Assembly: GCA_002633005.1 (NCBI GenBank) | Contig: NMRA01000465.1 | Location: 79,941-143,940 of the forward strand | Length of the DNA: 64,000 nucleotides | Direction: 5' to 3' | DNA from: Phoronis australis | Lineage: Eukaryota > Animalia > Phoronida | Shown: piece by piece, positions 25,601 to 37,387 of the stretch | Layout of the letters: every line of letters begins with the position of its first letter | Numbering within the stretch: position 1 is the stretch's first letter | Made by a program: the position numbers and the translations under genes | Notes under the pieces: model-generated | Databases searched by the model: none | What the model saw: the letters and a program-made list of their open reading frames with translations, nothing else | What the model was told of the DNA's origin: nothing

Positions 25601-28600
25601 TTATTTAAACATATCGCACCCGTTCAGGTCAGCTACAACACTGCCAAACGCATGGGCGGATCCATGATTTTTAGCTGGGGGGGCAGGGCAGAGTATTAGC
25701 CAGGATTTTGCCCGTCAGACATCCGCACCCCCGAACTGCCAAATGGAATCTGGGAGAGTTTAGGGTGGGGGGCATGGCTCCCTCGACCCCCTCTAAATCC
25801 GCCACTGAAACGCGGTTATTATGTGAACCTTTTCTGATGGCGGTTTTGTTTACAGGTACTTGAACTTCATTAGGGTTGATGGCTGTGGGTACAGCCACAA
25901 TCGCTGAGATCCATGTCGTTGAGTCTTCTATTTTCTCGATCGATGACAGCTTCTTCACGTTTATGAATCCTAGCTTCTACGTTTTTCACGGACTTGGACG
26001 GACATTCTGCTGTTGCATAGTTGATTCCAATGACACGGTAGTAAGATTTCGAGCTTATTTCCATGGTTTTGCGTGATCTTGCGTAATCTCGCTCTTCTCG
26101 CAAGAAACTTGGTCTAGGCATCGCTAGCCTTGTATAACACCGTCATTCGGCCATGTTTGTGACTTGGTCCACTATTTACTGCCATATCCGTGTCCGATGC
26201 ACGAACCTGTGTCATTAGGGTCTTTTGGAAAAGCAAAAAAATATTGTCTTCTGATTGCTTTTACCGCATCCTCTGCACATGCTGCTTTCATAATACTCAG
26301 TATCATTTTTTAAATATTAGCACAGTTCCAGAAATCGCTTTGCATTATATCCAGGTTCTCATTCACTCTCTTGCACATATTCACAAGTAAGACCGAACTT
26401 AGGGGAATATGAGACACCTTTGTGTAATGCTCGAATGTCAGCCAGTGAAGCCATGATTTGAACCCAGGCGTGCGTTCAGTAACGCTAGGACCTACGCTAG
26501 GACCTAACTAAAATCTAGCCAAAGTCACGTGTTCTCATTTAAAATACACGGCAATGTCTCACGTGATATCTCGAAGTCTTGCTTTTTAGCGAGGTCCTAG
26601 CGTTATTGAGCAGGAGGCTGGTCTCTCAAGCAAGAGTCCGGAACTTTAACCACTGAGCCACACTGTCGCTTCAATAATAATACTCAAGCGAACTTAGTTT
26701 TGAAACCATTACGGGTCGCAGCTTGTGTAGAACAACACGACGACGGAGACCGGATCCAATGATGACGCCATGCAAAATGTTTAATGTTTGCGTTTACGTC
26801 TTGATAAAAAGCACAGAAATTGAAGAAGAAATGTTAAATGTACCATACCAAAATTTTTGGTAACCAAATCCTAGCATTTATGGCCATGGTGTGAGTTATT
26901 TTTCATTTTATAAAATTATATTAAACCATGTTTTTGTCCTTCAATTTCTTTGTTGCTCTCCGAGTCAGCAAGTTAGTTATCTCCTATTCGGAACACCTCA
27001 GATATTTTCGGAGCATCTCGGATATTTCCGTAGCCTCAAATTTCCCCTCGGAGCATCTGGAACACCTCGGGCTTTCCCGCAATCCCATATCCCTCGGATG
27101 CATTTCACGTAAGCCCATATGCGAACTTAGTAAGAACTGCAAGTCGTGTGGCTTTCAAAATGGGGTATGCCGTCAAAAGTGCCGGAATACCTCCGCGGTA
27201 ACTGAGCACGGACTGGGAATGACTTAGTATATGTATTTGATACTTGCTGAGTATATAGTCATGGTTTCAACCGGCTGTTGACCAAATCCTTTTGCTGCGT
27301 AGATATAGAACACCTCCGAGGGATAATTTAACGCTACGAAAATACCAAATGTGTTTCTGATGCACCTGAATATGAAATTCATCTCAGGATGGCCGATGTT
27401 CGTGGATACCTGTTGTGCTGGGTATCAGGAGTTCTCCTTCAAGTCCACAGCGCACGTGCAGCAAACTTTCCTATCAGCGAAACTACATATCGTTTGAAAT
27501 TTACAAAATGGCTAACTAAAATATTGGTAACTTTCGATTGAGAATGTTTATATGTTGTTCACGTTGAAGAAAGGTGTGTTTAAGAATCAATATTCTAAGG
27601 ATTGTTACAATAATACCGTCAGGTCAAAAGCTCTACAAGGGAAACGGTATCATCACAGACATCACATATAGCGTTGATCCTGCGCGTCATCTCTCAGCGG
27701 TTCCCATTGAAGTCATCAAGGACGGGTGAGTAGCCATGGTAACTGCCTATCACAACAAAAACACGACAAGGTTGGCTTGCGGGTGACTTTCTTTCTTTCA
27801 AATTTGAGTCTCTTGTCCATTTAATACATGCATTCCGTCACGGTAAATAAGAACTATACAAATAACAAATATGCTAATTTAAGTGTTGTAATCCGGGCTG
27901 GTGTCCTTGTTGTGACACCATCAGCTTCAGTTGCAATTGAGCTAGAGATCACCTGCAACTGTATTGTCAATCCGGCCAATAATTTCCCTATTCTCAGTCA
28001 GACTCATGTATTCGTCGTTTAGTCATTCCTGGCCTTGTGCTGCATTGTACACATGTGTCTGTTTGTGGTTGTTGTTTATTTTATTTTATTTTTTTTACCG
28101 CCATCGCTCGCAGGCAGGCTATATATTTTGTCAATATTACGATTTGCGAGCCATGTAGACAATGACGACCGTCTCTAGTTAAACTACAGTCGGTGGAGCT
28201 CCTACAGGCGCTTCTTACGTCGGAAGTTTTTCCGTGAATGATACCTCATACAAAACATCAAGTCACGTTATTATAAATACCTTTTGCATGTAGAGGGACG
28301 TCTTAGGAGGCCATCGAGGTTTTTAATTCCTTCCAACTCTAACAAATACTCCCGTTATCAAACTTTTTCTTCGAGCAGGCCCCCTTTCAGTTCCGAAAAT
28401 CAGTATCTCGTCATTTTTACATCGCGTATGCCAGGGGATATGACGTCATACCACCTGCAGCGCGCAGTGTTAAAANGGTAACCAACTCCCCCTTGTGTAC
28501 GTTTTGTAAGACTGAACCTGAGACTTTGCTTCACTTATACTGGCAATGTGATGTTGTTCAAAATTTTTGGAACAACGTTGAAGGTTGGGTTAGAAGCAAA

Positions 28601-31475
28601 ACTAATATTTCCCTTGGTACAAATGTGCTTACAGTTTTCTTTGGAAACAGATGTAGAAGCCAGCCAATTCAAAATTTAATCCTGTGTCTCAGCAAGTTCC
28701 ATTTATATAAGCAACGTCTCAAGGGTAAACCTCCAAATTTAATTGTATTAACAAAAGAAATTAACAGTTATTACTCCAGTGAAAAACATATTTATTCAAA
28801 AAATTTACAAATGGAAAAATTTACAAACAGGTGGTCACAAATGCATAATTTGATAGCAATGTAAGGATATTTTATCATTCCAAAATACTCTCCCCCCTCC
28901 TTTTTTTTCAGAGCCATATACTACTATATTGTCTTGTATGTTTTTGTTTTCTTTGTTAAATCTATTTCAAAATCCGGTTCACGTATATTTTTAACTTAGT
29001 AAACTTTATTTTCATTGAATTGTAAAGTAAGGCAAGGGAATCCCAGACCTTTGTCCTTACTTATGTTGAACTGGGAGAATAAAAAAATTTAAAAAAAAAT
29101 AAAAAAAAATGGCGTTTTACTGATTTTGGGAACTGAACTAGGGACTGCTCGAAAAAAAAGTTTGACAACAGGAGTATTTCGTCGAGTTGGAAGGAATTAA
29201 ATACGCCGACGGTTTCCTAAGGTGTCCAGCTATGCGCAAAGGGTGCTTATAACAACGTACCTTTGATTTTTTTATAAGTGTATGGCATAATTCGCCGAAA
29301 AGCTACCGGCGTATGAAGCGCCTATCATTCAGTGCTCTCTAACCGTCTCGCATCGACACCGATTGGGTGGCCTCTTATGAGGTTTCGTTGAAATGTTCTG
29401 TCATATTTGAGGTGCTCAACTGGAAATGACGGAAGTACAAGAGACGTTGCTCAGCAAACTGGATTGCACATAAAGGGCGTGACCTACATAAAGTCCACGA
29501 AAATGAAAGCCCTCTTATTCGATGTTGACACACACACGCAAGTGACAGTTCACGTGCGCGTCGTTCTCTGTGCCGCATTAAATGATCAGCGATGCCAACC
29601 GGTAAGGCATAAAATAGCCGTGGAGCTTAACTGGAATAGAGTGATGTTTTACACTTTTAATCTGTGTTCCATTTCCATTGCATTATTGGCGGATCCCTAG
29701 GGTATAACAGGTCTACGGGGACCTCGTTCTTCTTACCACCATGAGCTCGAGGCAGTTATTCGCTGTACAAACTGACACGTGATGAAAAGATCTGCTCGCC
29801 GCGAATAGGCTCCTCCTTTACTGAACTTCGCTTTCGCGTAGGTAGAAAAATGCATTCCGATCGACCGATCTACTTTACAAAATGTCGGGTTGACAATTGA
29901 CCCTTCTGCCAATTTCTTGGTGTCAGCATTGCTAATCAAAATGCAATAATGTAAGTTTGCTTGATTTAAAATGATGAATTACACAGCAGTTAGGACATGA
30001 AGTAGTGACTATATATTACATTTTCATGTGAAAAGGCAGGAGAAGTGCTTGACACTTGAACTGCATTGTGGGTAAGGGCTTTCAGGTGAGGGTGATGCAG
30101 TGAGCTTTCTGGACAGGCGTATTGGAGGTGTTTTCAGTCTGTTCTGTGTAAATAGAACATCGGTTTTTAACAGGACATTGTATATACTTATTAACGAAGG
30201 CATATATATAATTTCGAACTACATTTGCAGCTGATCGTGTAAAATCGCTTAAAAATCTTGTAACTAGATGCAAAAAACTAACATTTCAATAATCATACTT
30301 GTCCATAGGATTTTTCGTTTTGTTCACGGGAATTAGCTCGTTATCAGTGCAGGAGTTGACGACCAATCACAAATACAATTTCCACAGACTTTAATCAATT
30401 TTGTTGGAATAGAATCATTTGTTGCGGCAACTTGAGGGTCAACAGTGTGAAACGGTTCTGTCGCTTCCGTAGTTGGATGACCATTTCCCTTCAGGAGTCT
30501 CAAGTATGCTTGTGACATTGTTATTACGCACCAACGCCAGATCCAACCATCAACCGTCCTGTGCAATATTATTTAAAAATAAATAGGTACCAGGGTTTTC
30601 CGTAGATTAGCCAGTGGCGGATCTAGGATACCATGAGAGGGGGGGGGGCAACATGCGAAGATGACGTCTCGGGGAATTGGGCAAAGCGTGATTGTGTTTG
30701 CAGCAGAGACCCGAATGTTGCNCAAAAAAAAACGAGAACGCCGCGGTCCGGGTTCTGAGCCCTACCCCTTCTCCGCTACCGGTCCTTGTGCACCATTTTC
30801 TCACGCTTTGCGCTGTTGCTGTTCCACTTTGCTTGCGGGGGGAGCCCGGCCCCCCCCCTGGGCCGAAGAAACGCCCATTGGCGTTTATTCGGAAAATTAT
30901 GTCAAATACACGCCCATGGGCGTTTATTTGGTGTTGCTAAATCGCCGGTATTTGTGTCTACATTGGTATATCGTTGTGTACGCAGGTAGATTGTAACGCT
31001 CAGCGGGCAGCTGGCAGAAGGCGCCGAGACGCAGAGAAGGGCTTTGATGTTGCCTTTGCAAGTACTCCTTTGACGATTCGCAAAGGTAGAATGTTCAATT
31101 TGACCTATGACTATCACTTTTTGTTCAATAGAATGAAATATGCAGTTATTTACATCTGTCTACTGTAGCTAAACATCACTGCTTCTTTGATTGGACCCCA
31201 ACAACTAGCGTCAACCCACCACTGCTATCTGTGAAGTGCACATGTAGTCTACTCGACCGTCTTCATCTTTTGTAGCTCCCACGAAGCCGTCAAATGCCAA
31301 AGACCCCGTTACCACCACCCCGACTTTGACCTCCGTCTACACTATTATAATCACGACGCTTGCGGCGCTCGTTTTGATTGCTTCACTTTTGGTGTATGTT
31401 GTCAACAAGAGAATGCAAAGAACTAACAGAGATACATGCCACGTGGTGCCAAATGATAAACATATCAACCAGTAG
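16674..31475 (+). CDS. ZP (zona pellucida) domain membrane-anchored protein, paralogue B (9 coding exons, 376 aa)
   Basis: Exons 16674-16718, 17911-17932, 21020-21192, 22396-22565, 24332-24459, 27623-27725, 29412-29601, 30986-31085, 31276-31475 (1131 nt, open to TAG). Signal peptide MKILQVAILAITCYQVALP, same Cys pattern as A, GRRRRD furin site, TM helix VYTIIITTLAALVLIASLLVYVV. Exon lengths 22/173/170/128/190 are identical to paralogue A. AATAAA at 31750-31755. Confidence 0.87.
19868..20106. mobile_element. Palindromic element with two inverted tRNA T-arm/B-box-like halves (related to 14759-15028)
   Basis: CATATATTGGTCACATCACGTGACCTA...AGTCTGAAAAGATC...CCGACCGGGCCTCGAAC is mirrored by GGTTGTAGACCCGGTAGGG...GATCTTTTCAGACT...TAGGTCACGTGACCAATATG. 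Confidence 0.6.
23178..23724. mobile_element. Complete non-autonomous DNA transposon with 9-bp TSD (Mutator-like) in intron 4 of ZP gene B
   Basis: Perfect 20-bp TIR CTCGCTGGTTCCCTGCGTGC / GCACGCAGGGAACCAGCGAG. Direct repeat GGGAAACAC at 23169-23177 and 23725-23733. Confidence 0.8.
25500..26350 (-). mobile_element. Degenerate Ty3/gypsy LTR-retrotransposon reverse-transcriptase remnant, interrupted by a MITE
   Basis: Minus-strand translation gives IEKIEDSTTWISAIVAVP...NPNEVQV...NKTAIRK and, beyond the MITE, VVADLNG...PDSRHLTTFPT. These match gypsy RT motifs (EPTPWISPIVVVPK; DLNGA...HPDSRHLTTFST). Frameshifts and stops are present; boundaries are approximate. Confidence 0.7.
25654..25807. mobile_element. 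MITE of the 361-667 family, inserted in the gypsy RT remnant
   Basis: GGGCGGATCC ... AAATCCGCCACTG ends; internal sequence is shared with 35160-35308 and 41010-41111. Confidence 0.7.
26390..26668 (-). mobile_element. tRNA-derived SINE-like head split by a MITE (26464-26621)
   Basis: Minus-strand A box TGGCTCAGTGG (26650-26660) and B box GGTTCAAATC (26455-26464) are separated by an element with inverted ends CCAGGC...TCAGTAACGCTAGGACCT / AGGTCCTAGCGTTATTGAGC...GCTGG. Confidence 0.55.
28206..29323. mobile_element. Foldback/MITE with ~200-bp imperfect inverted arms flanking a LINE fragment
   Basis: Arms about 28206-28406 and 29118-29323, e.g. AATTCCTTCCAACTC / GAGTTGGAAGGAATT, AAAATCAGTA / TACTGATTTT, AGGCGCTTC / GAAGCGCCT. 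Confidence 0.7.
28477..29109 (+). mobile_element. 3' end of a non-LTR retrotransposon (L1/Tx1-like ORF2 zf-RVT tail, 3' UTR and poly-A)
   Basis: ORF 28493-28864 begins CTFCKTEPETLLHLYWQC...FW, the CCHC zf-RVT motif of LINE ORF2 C-termini. A 3' UTR, AATAAA and an A-rich tail follow at 29078-29109. The 5' part is lost at the N at 28476. Confidence 0.8.
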
Positions 31476-34400
31476 ATAATAGACATGTCCTACGATCTTG
31501 CTCAAATTACACTGAATTTCTAATATGACATTTATCCATAGAGTTTCGTGTATAATTCATACTCGAGAGGGGTGCTTATTTAAACGATTAGTGGTTTTTA
31601 TTATTACATAGTGCACTATTACAATCTGGCCCTATGTCTTTATGCTATCCCCATCGCTCATCCTGCTTTATCGATACCTCATGGCGCTGATGTACACCGT
31701 ATACACACATGAACTTAAAAGAACATGGTTAGTCTACAATTAATTTATTAATAAATATACCTTTATGTTTGTAGTGAATAGTCTTCTACTTCAGCTGTGT
31801 TGGTTTTGACCATTTTAAGTGGTCGGGTATAACGTACCGCAGTTTGATAACCAGTTCTTTCCACTGAATAACGGGCATTAAACTGGTTCTCAAAATATTT
31901 GCACCTTATATCCGACTATTACCGAATAACGTAATACGGAGACATGCCGCCTAACGGTTGGTGTTGTAGTGAGGTAGATGGGCCGCCTTGTTTTATTGAT
32001 ACTGAAATGGCAGCCTTGATTGCTTCAAACAAATGTCGGTTTATCTACACTTTAATCATCTAGTCTGATTTCCTAGAATTTGCTAAAATACGAGTCGTTT
32101 AAATAAAATTCCAACGTTTTAGGTTTGACCACTACCCTGTGTCTAATCTTTATACTCGAAATAAAACTCCTAGTTATATTTAGAGATTTCAGTTCTACAT
32201 GTACAGGTACTTAAATCTCGAGTCAACCCAGAATTGTTAAAAATAATTTCGAATTCCGTTTAAAAAGGATTAGACTCTGGGCTCAGAGCAATGAAATGGC
32301 AAAATCTGGCGTGTTTCGTAATTTCATACAAATCACCGATTCCTAAGAAAGGCTGATAGTCAAAGTTAATTGAAATCGAGATGGCCACCTCTTAAGCTGC
32401 CTCGATCGTTGCCGTATGCGCCATCAAATTCAAGCTGGCTTGAAAACGTAAAAGGTTCTTGAGTGTTTGTGCAAAAAAAGAGGCGAAAAGCCGAACCCGA
32501 TTGGGGGAGTAATTTCTCTAGAATAGCATTTGGGAACGAAATCGAGCGCTGGACTACTGTGTGAGATGGGCTGAGCATTTCCAAAAAAATGTGAGGACGT
32601 TAATCTGTTCAACATACACATTCGCTCTGTACATGATCACTCACCGGAATTCACACCCCCGACAGATCTGATCGACGGACAACCAGCTCTTCATGAACAA
32701 TGTTTTCATGAAATATTATTCTTAGAATTCTTCATTAGGAAAATGGTACATATCTATATCTATGTTTATATCTACATGTATATCTATATCTATGTCTAAT
32801 TGTGCTGTTGTAAATCACCGCGTTGGTTTTGTGATATTCAGAAATAGTCAGATTTCAAGTTCTTCAAATTTTCACCTTTTCGATGGCGGTCAACACTACC
32901 AACTGATAGAGCTATATCATCAAAAACCTGCCATGACAAAAGTGGCAATTAATTTCATCATGAGGGGACCTACCTTAATAGGAGAGGTTGTAAAGTTGGG
33001 CTCCACTCTGTGAGCGGTCCTTAAGAAGAAAGAAAGTAAATAAAATGGTGGCCATGAATGTGGACACCAACAGGACTCCTTCAATAACTGGACAGGGCTT
33101 TAGTATGAAAGGAAACGTAAATACCAAACGGGAAATAAACGGCAGTTGCTGCTATAATCAGGAGCAGGCAGGTTGTCACCTTCACATCAAGTTATAATTA
33201 TTCCTTGTTACAGAGGGCCCCTCGAGAAATGCAACGTGTGGGACAATTTGTGTTGTGTATAGCAAGTTTTCTCTGACTTTTTCGAAGTACATGCATGTAT
33301 AATTTACGTGATTTGAACTGCAAAAACTTGGGCTTCCACAAACAAAAATGCACTGACCCGACCAATACAATAAATATACATACCCAGAAAGCGCCAAGAG
33401 GCATTCTATTTGGGTTATACAGTACAAAACAAAGATATCTATATACCATGATACACAATTATCAAAATGAGAAACTGATGTTAAGATTACAATGATATGT
33501 TTTAAATATAAGTATGATCATGACAAATATGAATATATCATTGTCATAACAATAAGTGATGTTACAGTTAAAGTGATGATTCGTAAATAAACAAATCAAT
33601 ACCATGTTATCGACAAACACAAAGAGATTTAATATTAAAAGGAAATTTTTGAAACAATTTCGAATAAAACATTACTTACATTTAAGCCGAGATTTTTAAA
33701 ACATTTTACAGAAAAATAATTTTGTTATATATTTGTGGAAGATCTTAAAATTTTTTTGTAAACATTGGGGGTATTATTGTGACGGACCTGCTTCATTCTA
33801 AGTCACTTAACGTCGTTTTTATGACAAATCTCGTCAGGAGAAAATCGACTCGTTACAATTAATTCCAGTTTAGTTCGTATTCCCAACAGTACCGGTTTTC
33901 AGAGGGCTTGCGATACCAATCTTTCTTTTTGTTAATCGCCAAGCTCAGTCTTTTTTCCGATGTCACGACGCAATCGCCAATTATCTACTACGCTGAATAG
34001 ACAACGTATCAACTTCGTGATACCAGCGGCGAACGGTGACGTTGGTTTGTTCCAGTTGATGTAGGTATAAAGTTCTAGCCCTGGAAGTCCAACTTCTCGA
34101 CCCACAAGACCAATATATTCTATTACTAGAGCTTAAGCCACTTGATTAGCCGCGAGAGTATGCACTGTGAATTTCCGACTGTCTATTCGAACAAGTTTTG
34201 ATCTAGTGTTTTAGCTATTAAATCAAGCTTGATGTCATTGCTTCAGTTTTCATTTTGACACTTTTGTTCATTCACCAGGACCCTTGAGCTAACGCTTCTA
34301 GGCAACCAGCGATTTCCGGCAAAATTAGCCAACAAACAGGACCGTTACACTGACCAGTCTTTGTACGAACCGACCCGTGGCCCTCCGGCCGGATACCGGG

Positions 34401-35159
34401 AACAGTCTGGCCTCCGAGGAGTCTGATATCTTTTCATCTCCACTCTCACAACAACTTTTGCACAATCTATCAAACAATATGCTATGGCTGTTACTGTGCT
34501 TTACAGAAAGAAGTTTACCTTGCACAAATCCAATCTAACATTTAATGTTGCTGACAGAGTACATTGTTCTTTACCACTTTTAAAATTTTTTACCGCCATC
34601 CCGCCACACCATCAAAATGTGACATTTTTTACCCCTGGCGACAATGAGATATTACCACATACGAGCTACATAGCACTCTGTTGCTCTTCGACTAAAAACG
34701 TGACGTTTCATTTTTTTGGAGGCGCCGCAATTGTGCATTCGACTTGAAAAAAACGCACACTTTTCGGAGTAACGTCGCCCATTCAACAAAAGTAAATGCC
34801 TGGACTTGCGTGTTGCGCCGCGAACGTTTCCACCCATCACATGATGATGTCTATGGTTCCGGGCCCTTGCGTTTTGGCATAATTAAATTCATAAACTAAA
34901 CATCATTTCTCATACCTGACAAGTTTAAAAAATATTGTTTTTTACCAAGAATGTTACGAAAATGCGAATAACAACAGCTCAGTGTTTAACCAGAAAGGTT
35001 AAACGAAAGAAATAATTTCAATGATTAAAAAGATTTCTACTCTATCAAGACAAAGATTTCAGAATATGGGTCTCTCACAGTTGCTGTGAAAAAATTATTC
35101 AGGCAAACATCCAAAGCTTTACACCTTTATATATTAATTGGACCTTTTGGTGCGCTTTG

Positions 35160-35308
35160 ATGTAGAGGCGGGCCAAGGGGGCCATGTCCCCACTAAAATT
35201 CTCCCAAATTCCCTTTGGCAGTTCGGGGGTGCGAATGTCTGACGGGCGAAATCCTGGCTAATACTCTGCCTTGGGTCCTCCTAACTCAAAAACCTGGATC
35301 CGCCCCTG
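35160..35308. mobile_element. MITE of the 361-667 family upstream of the zinc-finger gene
   Basis: Shares CCCCTAAAATTCT...TTTGGCAGTTCGGG...GCGAAT and ends CTGGATCCGCCCCTG like the copy at 361-667. Confidence 0.65.
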
Positions 35309-35394
35309 GTTCTTCAGTAAAAATTCAGAATGCAATTCGGGAGTTGAGGTGGGTTTTAAGATCCTAGCGGCGAAGAAACGAAGCACCGTAATAC

Positions 35395-35525
35395 GGCGGG
35401 AAACATCATGCAAGAGCATGCGCACTATACCATGTATTTCCCGCGGTTAATGATCACGTGTCTATGTTTATTTATTAGCCTGCGGCAACAAAGAGGCCGT
35501 GTGCAGCTTTGTGCAATCTGATTGG
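35395..35525 (+). promoter_or_regulatory. Candidate promoter of the zinc-finger gene (paired E2F-like sites, NRF1-like site, CCAAT box)
   Basis: GGCGGGAAA 35395-35403, GCATGCGCA 35416-35424, TTTCCCGCG 35437-35445 and ATTGG 35521-35525 lie 130-260 nt upstream of the ATG at 35653. Motif match only. Confidence 0.4.
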
Positions 35526-35652
35526 CTGAACGACACTGTAAACTTGCGATTCATGATTGTATGTCTCCGGCCGGGGTCTCCGGTATTTGATACGGGAAAA
35601 ACAAAAGAAAATTATTGCGTCTTTTCGTTAGTTTGCCGTCATATGCACGGCA

Positions 35653-37387
35653 ATGTCTACTGTCGAGTTCTTATCTGTTGATGAGAATGAATGTCATTCG
35701 CGGACAAAACGCACAAGAATCGATTCGAGCCGACTCGACGGTACAAATCCTACTGGTCGTAAAGCACTCGAACTCGGAGGTGTCATCGATGTTTTGAGAA
35801 ATTATGAGGATTACGAAGGTGGCATCAACTGCAGTATATGTGGTGAGTTCTTCGTGTAGCCTGGCATAGTTTTGTGTCATTCTACTGGGCCGAACAGTTC
35901 AATCAAATTTATCAATTTTGCCAATCCATTCGTGATCAAACCCTGGGACGGCCATGTTTAAATTCCCACTATGCATTCTTTGTTTATGTGAAAGTCGTCA
36001 GATTCTCCTCAACAGATTCCGCCCATAAAAGTCCCATTATTTAAGTTGGGGTTTGGTGAGCACTCGTCAAATCTCAACAGGTCGCTTTCGTATGCATGAC
36101 AATGCTGTCGGGCTCTTATTATTTCGTTTATTCGGTCATCGGAAAATTATTTTCACCACCACATGGTTTTTAATGAATATTCATTAGCGTGGTTCATTGA
36201 TAAAGTTTGACCTACTTAGATTCCGACCAACACTGTTGTGTTTGGGTCCAAGTTGTCACAAACGCGGCGGCAGAGTACTATATTTTTATAAAAGATAGAG
36301 CTATGTAGGCTCTAAAGCTGTCGCTCTTTGCAAATTCAGAAATCACATCACCAGTGGTTCAATCATAATAACATCTCTTTACTAATCTCTGTCAACAGGT
36401 TAGGCCTTTATCTCTGGCAAAATAGCCATTCTGTGCTAAAGTGTTCATACCATTTTAAAAGAATATAAGAAAAGAGCACTGTGTGTTTGATAACTTGACG
36501 CAAACTATCAAATTATTATTTATAGTGTCACAACTTATATGGAGAAATAATTTCATTGTTTTTAAACACGCAGCTATTTCATGTCTGAACCTCATATCTC
36601 GGAAGTGGCTGCTTGCATTTATATGAAACTTTCAATTACTTATTGCTTTATGCATTGGTCTTCAAAACGCTTTTCTGTATGGTATTAAATTATCCACTTT
36701 TGCATGAGGGGCTATAAAATAGGACTTATATGATTTCCTTGAATGTATTTGAGGTTTCTTCTTGAACATTTGTATAAAACAAACTTTAGGTCATGCTATT
36801 GGCACCATTGTTTTGCTATTAATGTGATCTTTGTTTTACTGCTAGATTTTCCTAAAAGACATGTTCGGGTGACTCGAGTGATTAATGGCAGATTGGTCAA
36901 AAGTCAAAAAACCAACAAATTCTACACGGTCTCTACTTTTAGGGAAATTAGGTTATTTTTACTGTGTTGAATTCTATAGTCCTGTAGATAGTGGCGAAAT
37001 ACACCAACATGGCGGTGAGGTCCCACAGTTAAGTTATATTTTCTTTTCCATCCATTTTCAGGTAAACTATACAAGAGTAGAGTGTGCTTTACTAAACATC
37101 TGTGGGAACACAGTATTTACTGGGACTTGTTTGATGGAGCTAAGAACCACGAGAGGGTGCTCGCTATACAGGCAGCGCTAATCTTATATAGCGGTAACCA
37201 TGGTTACCTGCTGGACGAGTCTAACATATTATCTTATCTGCTGGTCACTTCGCCCCACGAGAAAAGAAAAGACTGTGAGCTGACCGAGGCTGTGAAACAA
37301 CCAGTAAAATCAAAATATTTGTCCGTGGTCAAACGCAGGAAACGTAACTCTACCGGTGACTCCACAGACAGTGTATGCAGTGATTAA
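35653..37387 (+). CDS. Small single C2H2 zinc-finger protein (2 exons, 171 aa)
   Basis: Exon 1 35653-35842 (ATG...ATA TGT G|gtgag) splices to exon 2 37062-37387 (tttcag|GT AAA CTA). The join gives CSICGKLYKSRVCFTKHLWEH (C-x2-C-x12-H-x3-H), followed by SIYWDLFDGAKNHERVLAIQAALIL and a basic KRRKR NLS-like motif near the C-terminus. Confidence 0.8.

Noticed and set aside
33930-34130. Minus-strand open stretch (...LELYTYINWNKPTSPFAAGITKLIRCL...) faintly like the end of a TIR domain
   Set aside because: It is short, has a stop just upstream, and no further TIR boxes or linked exons were found.
36845-36951. Possible middle exon of the zinc-finger gene (DFPKRHVRVTRVINGRLVK...)
   Set aside because: Including it would split the C2H2 motif and shift the frame of the last exon. 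Direct joining of 35842 to 37062 gives a perfect finger.
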